Below are positions 26,323 to 37,067 of a stretch of DNA of 64,000 nucleotides, piece by piece. Made by a program: the position numbers and the translations under genes. The notes beneath the pieces were generated by a model. The model searched no databases and was not told the DNA's origin. It saw only the letters and a list, made by a program, of their open reading frames with translations. Position 1 is the first letter of the stretch. The number at the start of each line of letters is the position of its first letter. Source of the DNA: Takakia lepidozioides (lineage: Eukaryota > Plantae > Bryophyta); contig CM060732.1 of assembly GCA_030704615.1 (NCBI GenBank), forward strand, positions 14,384,001 to 14,448,000, given 5' to 3'.

Positions 26323-27278
26323 AAACCATTCTAATAAAGAACACGCCGTTTGTTTTGGGCGACACACGTCAGACATCGATAACTGAATACGAACAGCTGT
26401 ACACTAATTGCTGGCGTTCTTGCTTGTCTCTAGAAGCATCGGATTCCCTCTCACGTGACCGTTACACATAGTCGTTCCCTTATTAGTGCACCACGCAATC
26501 CCGCAAGAAATCGGGAGTCACTTCGTTTTTCTACTTTTCGCGCTTAAAGGGAGAGTGGTAGTCAAGCTGGAGATGGTTCCTTCTACAATACGAAAGAGAA
26601 GAAAGTCTCTTTATTTTACTTCCCTTAGAGAGAGACGCAGAGCAAGAGAGCAAATGACGAGGCGTCGTTTGTTGGAGAACACATGGCCAAGGCAGCAGGT
26701 GAATGCGGAGACTGATTCACAAGAGCAGACCGAGACTGAGGCAGCAGCTGTGACACAGTCGGCGATAAGAGTGCGCGTTGGAAACCAGCCTGTGGATGCA
26801 GAGATGACTCGCAGGGAAATTGAATATCAAAGATTTCTGTCAAATCTTTAATCCAGGGATTCCCTTCATGAATGTAGATGGATGAATGAGGGATGGATAA
26901 GAGTCAAATGGATGAATGTATAATGGATGTTGAGCAATGGAAAACATTCATGACAGGAAGATGCATGACTAAAACTTTAGACGAATGCACAACGTATATG
27001 ACATGAGTGTGGTAGGTTTGTGGGGTGGATTAAAGAGTACAGAGGATGAATGTACAATGGATGTTGAACAAAGGAAAACATTCATGAATGGAGCACGCAT
27101 GAATACATTGTAGATGAAAGCACAATGGATATGACAAGAGTGAGGGAGGTTTGTGAGATGGATTCATACATATTGCAATTTAAATGGTAGTTGATTCTTT
27201 GATTATTTTTCTTTCCAAAGGAACAACTATGGTGGAGGAAGGGGATTCAACGTTTTCCAAAGAGGATGAAACAGAATA

Positions 27279-28200
27279 TTAAAAGAACATAGTTCAGTCT
27301 GACTCAGAGTCAGTACAATGTATCCCCGCTTCATCTGCATCTAAGTCTAAGTATTTAAGAACTCCGGATCTACGCTGGCTACACCTACGGCCGGGCAGTA
27401 AAAATTCAGGGGATAGGGACTCGGCCGCGTGAAGTGCCATTGCTTCGGCATAATCAGGAAGCAGAAAATTGGAAAGGGGGCTGTCGAAAACAGACTCGCC
27501 ACAAATGACTATATCTCCTGAAGATCCACCGCTGCCTTTCCTGAAAGATAGCCTGAAAAAGTTATTACTGTAACTTTGATGTTATTGAGAAATTGAGTAT
27601 GACTCCCAAAGTGGGTTTAGCACTTACTCACATGAAAAGTCGTTGTCGACTTGCTTATCTTCGGGATCGTCATCATTTCGAATTTGAATCCGATCAGTCT
27701 GTGTGCCTGAAGTGGAGCCAGACAAAAGGGAGAGGAGCATTGTGTTGTAGAGGTCATAATCACCCTCCATGCCAAAAAGGCTTCTTCCGCCTGCCTTGCA
27801 TGCATGATAAGTTGCTCCTGCACTAGACAGGAGGACATGAACAGTTTGGTGGGGGGGATTTAAGCAGATGGAACTGGTGAAAGAAAATCAATTCGGAAGG
27901 GAGAGAACAAACCTGTGGACACAGAAAGATCGACCACCCGTGCAGAGTGGTGGCTGCATGACTCCAGCAGTATTTGCATGAATGCTGGGGATTTTTCCTT
28001 TGCACCTCTCCAAGGAGTGCCATCTGGTCTCTTCAGAGTCTAACTGGACAGCATGAAGTTGTACAAAATGTCATCGACATGCGGCTCATAGGGGGGGTTG
28101 ACGAAACAACCCTGGTCAGAAATCTCAAAGCTGCGGATGGAGGATGGTGTCTTTGAGGTGCGAATCCTCCGCAGGCAGATCGCCTCGAACATCCTCGTTT
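27279..28200 (-). pseudogene. 3' exons of a second, diverged methyltransferase paralog (MTase2), separated from its 5' part by insertion of element B2
   Basis: Hand translation: TRMFEAICLRR...DILYNF...PWRGAKEKSPAFMQILLESCSHHSARVVDLSVSTG, intron, ATYHACKAGGRSLFGMEGD, then NFLLPDYA. Aligns with family-B TLVFEAYCFVK...SPAFIQTLMETCS...ILDLTCGTG, ASMWAGTLSNRHVFAFEPD, YILPTYA. Confidence 0.8.
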
Positions 28201-28378
28201 GCCAAAGATAGCAGGTTAATGTGGTAAACACAATCTATAGTGGAAGTGTGTACATCGGCTATTCAGAACTCAGGCACAAAACAATCATTTTTATCACGAA
28301 TCGGTGATGATCGGTGTCGATCATGACAGATTCTTCTAGAGTGGAGCTGCAGAGAACATTGAAACTCATCATGAAAGC

Positions 28379-28386
28379 ACAAGCAG
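28379..28386. repeat. Left target-site duplication ACAAGCAG of element B2
   Basis: Identical 8-mer at 41091-41098, directly outside both TIRs. Confidence 0.92.
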
Positions 28387-28575
28387 GGGGGCTGCTATTT
28401 CATGAGCGGCATGAGCATGAGCGGAAAAAAAAAAAGCATGAGCGGGCCGAATTGTGTCCACGGAAATAGGGTCATGTGGACTCGTCATAGCAATGAAATG
28501 CAACATTTTATTGCAAATTTGGTGGCAAGCCACGTCTATACAAGTGTGTCCTAACTGTCATAGCAAGAATGGGAA

Positions 28576-31500
28576 CTACTCTCCTCCACCTTCCGAGGAA
28601 CTTGGCCCTCCTTCTTCCTCATCCCCCTCATCCCCCCCATCCTTCGAGCTCTGTGATGCATCGGTTGCAGTATGCCTCTCAAAAATGCCGTCCTCTCCTT
28701 GGGGGACTGTCCACCTCACCTCCTCGGAATCTTCTGCCTCTTCTCCCCCACTTTCCTCAGCAGAATCCAACACAAATCTACGAGCCCGACGGGCTCTAAT
28801 AGCTGCTGCCTCCTCCCTCATCTTCATTTTCTTGAGGCTTGCCTCGTCTAAAATCTGCTGTACACGACTAGGTTTGGAACACCTCCTAATGGACATCGAA
28901 GCAAGCCGGGCAGCATAAGTAGGAAGGATGTAGTCCCTTTCTGGACTAGGCATGAAATCCCCCGTGGCAAAAAAAGGCACGTTCCTCCTGCCCATGAACT
29001 CCGGTGTAGACGTCCCTCCTGCCGTACTTGGCATCCTACAGTAAGAACAAATCCACTTCAAGAATGTCAATACCAGTAGAAGCAAAATGGGTTTTCAATG
29101 AAATAAGAGAGCGAAGGGAGGTGCCTCACAAAATCTGGAGGCAACTTACAATGCGACCACTCACTCGTACACCGGGGCTCCTCGGCCTCGATCCCAACTT
29201 GTTCCTCCCCCTGCTCCTTCTCGGATTTTTCCTCATCCTCCGAGGATGCCTCTTCCTCTTTTGGCAGACGTTCAGCCGCTGCAAGTTCCGAGTTGTGGAG
29301 GGCAGTATCTGGCTCGAAGGCGAACACATGCCTGTTGGACAACGTCCCTGCCCACATTGAAGCACCTGAGGAACAAAGCGGGCGGTTAATAGCTTGCGGC
29401 ATGCAATTGCAAACTGAGGACAAACTGAGCACGTGAAGGCTTACCCGTGCCGCATGTGAGGTCCAGAATCCGCCCTTGGACATCCGAGCACGTCTCCATG
29501 AGGGTTTGGATGAAAGCAGGGCTCTGGGTCCGGCTGTACCGCCACGGTTTGCCTGTCTTTGTGTCCTTCGGCATACTAGAGTGAGGCACATAGTTGTAGA
29601 GGACATCGTAGGTAACAGGGTCCACAGCGGCATCAACAAGACGACCGTCGTTGCGGAATTTGAACGTAGACCCTCTCTTCACAAAGCAATATGCCTCAAA
29701 CACCAATGTCTGCACATCCAACAAAATAGGGATCAACTCCGGGATCTTGTTTAGATACACCACAATATGAGGTGAATGCAGTAGATTGATAACTTACACT
29801 TTGGCCCTCTGTTTGCAACCCCTGTGTATTGATGCAGAACCATTTTCTGAGGAGGACCGGGGTGACACTTTTCGGTGTCCACCTTGCCACCGCATTCTCT
29901 GTGGTCTTCCCTCTCGTGGCAAGGACAACCACACATCCACCGTCATCCAGAAGCATCCCCGCCAGCCCAAACCCGGCTTTCCAGTAGTCCTCAGTAAACC
30001 TGTTCCAGGTGGGCACACCATCCAGGCCCTCGAGCAGCTCCCCATCTGGAATGTCGAGGAGAATCATGTCGCAAGCTCTCTCCACCTCAACCCCCCCCCC
30101 CCCCTCCCCGAGTGCTCTTGCAATCCGTGCTCACAGCCATGAAGAATTCCATCATGGCTTCAAAACCAGGGGTGTCTTTAGGCTCTGTACCGCCAGCCCT
30201 CTTCTTGGCTTTCCCCTTCTGCTCCGCCAGAGACTTGCTGTGTGCCACCTTCTTTGCCCTGGCAGCGAGAGCATCAAGGAAGCTCTCATTGACGCATTGG
30301 ATGATGGTTGGAGGTTCTAGCTTTGGCCTGTGCGTAAACGTCACCGCCGAATACCGCCGTGTAGGCTCGCCCTCAAATGCCAACTTCTTGGCAGAGCCAG
30401 TCCCACTCGGAACTGACTTGGGAACCCGGACGACCGGTGACTGGGTAGCAGCAACAGCAGTCGCAGGACCTTGAACAAAGTCGTCGTCCGAGTCACTCTC
30501 TTGGGTCCCCTCCTGCGCCTGCTCTGATGCCCCGATGGTTTTCTATTTTTTGGGTGTTACTGCACTCACCTGTTTCCTTGTCCTTTTCATTTGGCCTTTA
30601 CTCTTCTCATTCAATTTCTCCTGAATTCCTGCCTGAGCAAGCTCTGCCGCTTTCCTGGAGTTCGCAAGCGCTTTTGCCTCTTTTGCACCGAGCGGAGGCA
30701 GCGGAGTCCGGTTTCGTCGGGCCTCAGTATCCAGCTTCAATTGAAACTCGGATGGGTCAAGCATGCCGGGCGGAAGGTCCACATACCAAGGGCAATCACG
30801 CAAATGTTCCAGATGCCACTCCTTCACAATATCGTCAGTGTATATGGAGTCAGCCCCAGGGTTCCTCCATGCCAGGAAGAATGGTGGCTTGAAAGACAGA
30901 TGACCTTTCTCGAAAAGGGAGAACTTGCAGTACCTGCATTCATGATAAACACAATGAGGTCCCTGAACTGCAAATTCGGCACCATTTTCCCAGGTTGGGG
31001 CGGATGTGAGTGGGCCTAGAAATGGAAAAATGGCGCCGAATTTCGGTTTTCGGTGACTGCCACCCTAGGGACTTAGCCATCTTGGGAGCCCTGAACTGGA
31101 AATTGGACGCCATTTTTCCCGGTTTGGCCCGAAGATGGCTAAGTCCCAGAACGGCAATAGGGCCTAGAAATGGAAAAATGGCGCCGAATTTCCAGTTCAG
31201 GGCCAGCCACCCTACGGACTTTGCCATTTTCGGAGCCCTGACTGGAAATTTGGCGCCATTTTCCCAGGTCCGGCCCGAAAATGGCTATGTCCCAGAACGG
31301 CAATAGGGCCCAAAACTGGAAAAATGGCACCGAATTTCCAGTTCAGGGCCAGCCACCCTACGGACTTAGCCATTTTCGGAGCCCTGACTGGAAATTCGGC
31401 GCCATTTTCCCAGGTCCGGCCCAAAAATGGCTGTCCCACAAAGGCAATAGGGCCCAGAACTGGAAAAATGGCGCCGAATTTCCAGTTCAGGGCTAGCCAC

Positions 31501-34352
31501 CCTAGGGACTTAGCCATTTTCGGAGCCCTGAGTGGAAATTCGGCGCCATTTTCCTAGGTCCGGCCCGAAAATGGCTAAGTCCCATATGGCCTTGACCTGG
31601 AAAAATGGCGCCGAATTTCCAGTTCAGGGCCAGCCACCCTAGGGACCTAGCCATTTTTGGAGCCCTGATCTGGAAATTCGGCGAAAAATGCAAGGACTGT
31701 AAGGAAGGCATCGCGTATGTACCTGTACAGAAGGCGCATTGCTGCTTTGTCCACGTTCGGCTGGTCGGTGAACTCGTGGCTCCGGCGGGCATGTGGTATC
31801 TCCCGAAAGAATAGGTCGGTTTTGTAGAGCAGAAAGTACCTCGTCACATAGTCGTGTAGGCTCTCTGCTGCAGGAGAAATCTCCATCTTGAACTGATGTG
31901 CTTGTGTGTCCAGCTGCTCTTGCGCATTCGTCGTCACCTGTGGAGATTCTCCATCAGATCGCATTGCTGAAAAAATACAATGAATCCACCCCCTACAAGA
32001 GTAGAAGCGCCAAACGAAGCGTGGGGAAGTACCTGAAACCACCATGACATGCGGTTCATCCACATGTCGAATGTGGGGTCAGATAGTTTGTCCGGTTTGG
32101 GGAAACTCCACATGTCCCTTGTACTTTGGGAACCATTCCAGATTTGGAGCCACCGGGTCTGTCCAACCACCCAGCATATTCGTAAGCGCCAAACACCACA
32201 AAAACGAGTTGTTGCCACCACAATTTGGTTAAGAATGTATCACCTTTTCTGTTGCATCCACACAGGCTAGACGATGGAGCTTCTCCAATGTCATCGTGGG
32301 CTTCAGAGCGCGGGAGTAGTGCTTCCCCACCTCCACCAGAAAGTCGGCACCAAGGGCGGGATCAGCTATGGCCACGTACTTTACCATCCGCGACTTGTAC
32401 TTTATGCGGGCCCTCACCTCCGCAGCTTTGAGATACGATTCGAGTGCCGGGAGGGTTAGATTCTTCTCCTCTGACTCCATGTAGAACCTCCGCGCATGTG
32501 CCAAATCCTGCTGAATTTTCGTCTGTCAAGAATGCGCACATAAGATTAGAGATCCTGCTCAACACTTTTTCTTCTATTGGGGGAGGAGAGACAGATTAGC
32601 TCAACAAAACAGTCAGGAGCTTTACCCGAAATATGTAGTCCACCATGGCGTCCATGCTCAGCCTATACCAGGTTCTGTCTGCCTTTGCCTCCGACTTGCG
32701 CAGGAGGTCGGCACTGAGCGAATTGGCAAACTCTTGCACCCCTTGCTTCCCGACATCCTTCACTCGGAAGAGCATATGGGACAAGTTGGTGGCAATGAAG
32801 GCATTCTCAGTCACCCTGCAATGCCACATTTCCATCAAACAATTCTGAAATGGGAATTTACAACAAATATGAGGATTCGCAATGAAATGACTTACAATCG
32901 GATGGGTCCAAAAGCAAGAGGCGTTGTAACTTACGAGTTGATGTCCGCCATTGCAGCTTTGAGAAGACTGCGATCTTTGGGCCCCGCAACCTTCAGCACA
33001 ACACACTCCACGGCGAAATGCCAATCGAGGTCGTTGGGGTGGGCTTCGGCTATGTGCTCCATCCATGCCAGGAGGCGATGATTGCCGTCCCACACGTAAA
33101 ACATCTTTCCGGACAAGTGCTGGAAAAGAGGATCAGTAACAATCGATCTCTCGAACTCCTCATTTCGCCTTTGCCAATGGGGACCCCATTTGTCCACCTC
33201 ATCGGAAGTGTGGGCACGGGAAGCTCCGTGGTCGTTCTCAATGGAAACGTAAAACGCGGCAGACCCCATTCGATATCCATCCCAGAAAGAGAATTTCAGC
33301 TTGTCGATATCGCCTGGGAGGGCAGGTCTCACCACCTGCAATGACACCAAGCGGCAAAGGGGAATTCGAAGCTTGGCCGGGTACACCATGCCCCCCAGCA
33401 CCCTGCCAATGTTGCTGTGGGTTGCCTCCAACATCTTGGCAGCGGCCAACTTCATATCCGCCTCCGACATGACGTCTGCTGCAGAGGGGTTCTCCGGCAG
33501 CCCACCAGGACCGCCAAATCCAGCCTGTATGCTGCGGGTTTGGGGCCTGGGGATGTCCGGGAGGATGTCATCCTGGTCAGAAAGCTCGGTGTCGTCCTCC
33601 TCAACATGGTGAACCACCGGCGAAACCACCTCGAGCACTCTCCCTGTCTCTACTTCCATCTCCCCGGCTTCACCTCGAACTTGCACAATCCGTGCTCTTT
33701 GTGGTGTTCTTTCCTCTCCTCCACTCTCCACCGTATGGGTAATTGCGGGGGCTGCTCTTGTCCGCGATGGTGTAACCGGTGTGTTACTGCCTCTTTGTGG
33801 TGTCTTGGAGGGATCCACCGTCTCTGTGCGTCCCTCGCTTACATTGGCATCTGTCATTTGGGCACCCCTGGCCTCTTCAGTGGCCTTTTCTCTTTCCTCC
33901 TGGCTAGCCTTCTGTCTCGCCTGTTCTTTTGCCCTCTCTTTTGCCCTCTCACGGGCTTTCTGTTTCTTACTAGGGCTAGCAGCAGGGGAGCCCTCTAGGA
34001 CGACCACCTTTGATTGAGGAGAAGGAACACCCTCGCGCGCACTGCTCACTCCCCCCTCCGCAGCCCGTGACGGCTCTCTCGCCGGGGATTGCATGTGCTT
34101 AGCTTTCTTCTTCTTCTTTGCGTGGGCGGGCCCTACTGCATGTGCATCAACAACCTCCATTGCCGGATCTGCTGTCCTCACGTCCTCACGCCCTTCACCT
34201 GCCATGCCGCCTGCACCAACCTCCCCAATGCCTATTCTGTCGTACCCTCGCTGCAGGTCCTCCCGTCCACCAACAAAAGGTTGAAGTTTGCCCTCTCGCC
34301 CCAAGTTGGGCGATTCAAACATGCGATGAGTTGGAGCGGTCGATGATACCAC
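28576..34352 (-). pseudogene. Full-length ParB/Srx-like + beta-class N4C/N6A DNA methyltransferase-like fusion gene, about 9 exons and roughly 1,400 aa; few lesions (TAG at 30543, poly-G frameshift near 30090, altered 5' end)
   Basis: Exon-1 ORF 32931-34352 contains FYVWDGNHRLLAW. ORF 29696-30085 has CDMILLDIPDG...LLDDGGCVVVL...KWFCIN. ORF 29386-29763 has SPAFIQTLMETCSDVQGRILDLTCGTG. ORF 29067-29639 has ASMWAGTLSNRHVFAFEPD. The catalytic-position motif precedes the SAM-binding motif (beta order). Confidence 0.82.
30970..31690. repeat. Intronic tandem array of B2, 137-148-bp unit, about 5 copies
   Basis: GGAAAAATGGCRCCGAATTTC starts at 31024, 31172, 31318, 31462 and 31599. Confidence 0.9.
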
Positions 34353-35318
34353 CAGCGTGCCGGGCTCGTCGTCACTCTGTCATTCCCAAAATCGTCAGAA
34401 CCAACATCGGTGCCAAAACCAGCATCGCAACGAGCAGCGCAACCACCATAGCAACAATCGTGGAACAACAATGAAAACAAAACAAGTTTAGGAAGTATGG
34501 AGTGCCATGGAACAACAATGAAAACAAATCCAACCAATGCCTAAGAATGACATGCACAAGCAGCCTTCTCCAGAGCTGCTGGCTTTGCACACGCATTGCA
34601 AACTATCTAAGGTTCACTCAACTGGTAATATGAAACACGATGAACAAATGATCAGGAATTCCATAAGACGGGAAAACAAGGCACTTCATCTTCTCAGCTC
34701 AGCATGGATTTCCTTAATTTTTAACCACTCAGACCTTGATCATTCTTCGCAACAGCTACTGCTTTTGCAATGCAGCCATACGCTTCCAGCGATGCCAGGA
34801 TGAAGATGCAAAAACAAAGCGAAACAACAAAGCGAAAGCGAAAGCGAAAGCAAAAGCGAACAAAGCAAAAGCAGAAGTGGCTTGCCTGAGAGTACTCGGC
34901 TTCAGTTGGCACGGGTTGTGAGCAAGACACTGGAATCTCCTGCTGGAGCTTAAGTTTGGCCATGCGAGAGATTGGTCGTCGTTTGTAGTACAAAGCTTTC
35001 AACTTCCGCCGCGGTCTGGATGTGAGGTCTCTCTCAGGAGAGCCACGCCCTTCAGGCGGCATAAGTCCCAGCCAAAATGGAAAAAGATCTCAGTTTTTTG
35101 GGGTACATGCCTCGAATAGAAGTTAATCCAAGATTAGCATCAGATTTAGGGTACGTATCGAGGAAGCCATGTGTCGCCAGCCCGAATAAAAACGGACGGC
35201 GGTGGACATTTAATGCCCAACTACGCAATTAAATGTCGGATAAAGCCCTCCCTGTCGGATGAAATATGATGCAACTCGGCCCGGAATTTCCAACGTAGAG
35301 GTAATTCGAAGCGCAGCA

Positions 35319-36770
35319 GAATAGAATTCCGGCGCCGGATTTCCATCCTGCAGGTAATTCGGAGCGCGGATGGATGGAAATCCGGCGCCGGATTTCCATC
35401 CGCCAGGTACGGTGGCGCGCAAAATTTCCGTCATGCAGGTAATTCGGAGAGCAGCAGGATGGAAATTCAGCGCCGAATTTCCATCCTGCCAGGTAGGGCG
35501 TCGCGCGAAATTTCCGTCACGCAGGTAATTCGGAGCCGGATGGATGGAAATCCGGCGCCGGATTTCCATCCTGTAAGGTAGGGCGGCGCGCGAAATTTCC
35601 GCCACGCAGGTAATTCGGAGCGGATGGATGGAAATCCGGCGCCGGATTTCCATCCGCCAGGTTGGTCAAAGAGCGGATGGATGGAAATTCGGCGCCGGAT
35701 TTCCATCCTGCCAGGAAGGGCGGCGCGCGAAATTCCGCCACGCAGGTAATTCGGAGCCGGATGGATGGAAATCCGGCGCCGGATTTCCATCCTGTCAGGT
35801 AGGGCGGCGCGCAAAATTTCCGCCACGCAGGTAATTCGGAGCGGATGGATGGAAATCCGGCGCCGGATTTCAATCCGCCAAGTTGGTCGGAGAGCGGACG
35901 GATGGAAATTCAACGCCGAATTTCCATCCGGCAGGTAGGGCGGCGCGCAAAATTTCCGTCATGTAGGTAATTCGGAGCGGATCAGGATGGAAATTCGGCG
36001 CCGAATTTCCATCCTGCAGGTAATTCGAAGCCCGGATGGATGGAAATCCGGCGCCGAATTTCCATCCAGCAGGTAACTCGGATCGCTGGCCGGATGGAAA
36101 TTCGGCGCCGAATTTCCATTCGCCAGGTAAGTCGAAGCGCCGAATTACCTTCCTGCAGGTAATTCTGAGCGTGGCCGCTTGGTTTTTCGGAGAAAAACAA
36201 ACTAAACTGTTAGTTTTGTGGCTGAAGTCCACTTTTAGACACGTTTTTCATGGAATCCTTGACTGCTACAGGGAAATCCGAACGGCCTCGGACGGAAATT
36301 CGGCGTCGTTTTTCCATCCTGGGAGGTTTTTATATCGTCCAGTTTTGGGCCTCACCACCCGACTGGACTTCCTTTGAGGGGGCCCGGATGGAAATTCGGC
36401 GCCGAATTTCCATCCGGGGGATGGTCTCTGTCGGACAGGTGCCGGCCTCTCCGCCCGAGGCGACTTCATCCGGGCTTCCCCTGTTCGATATTCGGTGCCG
36501 AATTTCCGTCCGGGGGTTGTAATGTGAGGGCCAGGTGGCGGCCTTTCCCCCGAGCCGACTACATCCGAACGGCCTCGGATGGAAATTATGTCGGCCAGTT
36601 TTCGGCCTGACCCCCCGACACGACTTCCTTTGGGGGGATCCGAATGGAAATTCGGCGCTGAATTTCCATCCGGGGGTTGTTCTCTGTCGGACAGGTTCCG
36701 GCCTCTCTGCCCGAGGCGACTTCATACGTGCGGCCCCTGCTGGATATTCGGTGCCGAATTTTCATCCGGG
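35319..36770. repeat. Intergenic array of 30-bp palindromes GGATGGAAATYCGGCGCCGRATTTCCATCC: 12 regularly spaced copies (35319-36121) plus more scattered, mostly degenerate ones to about 36770
   Basis: Perfect palindromes at 35372-35401, 35542-35571, 35626-35655, 35763-35792, 35985-36014 and 36386-36415; the others carry one to a few mismatches. Confidence 0.95.
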
Positions 36771-37067
36771 GTAGTAATGTGACGGCACGGTGCCGGCTTC
36801 TCCCCTTCAGCCGACATCATCCGGACGGCCCCCCACTTTCTGACTGCATACCGTTGGCAGTTATTGCGCAAAGACCAGGGGCCGCATTCCTGAGACAAGG
36901 TTCATTAACACTCTGACTGTGGATTTTTGAGATAGTTGGCTCCCTGGATTTGGATCAGGCTTCATCGCTCGGACAAATCGGCACCGCATTCCTTCCATCG
37001 CTGCATCCCCCTTCTACCAGGGAGCTTGCCCGCACGCCATCCTGGCAGTCTTGTGTGCACATCTCCC

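Noticed and set aside
28085-28105. NPPY in MTase2 (GCFVNPPYEP) as the catalytic motif
   Set aside because: It lies in the variable region between DIPD and motif I and aligns with DAAV in family B, so it is probably coincidental; a structure model could revisit this.
28576-34352. Bacterial or phage contamination as the source of the ParB-MTase
   Set aside because: The gene has about 8 GT-AG introns, lies inside a TIR/TSD-bounded element and is contiguous with plant PPR and Gypsy sequence.
35319-36121. CRISPR array (palindromic 30-bp repeats with spacers)
   Set aside because: The spacers are themselves repeats of two related types, there are no cas genes, and the context is a eukaryotic transposon.
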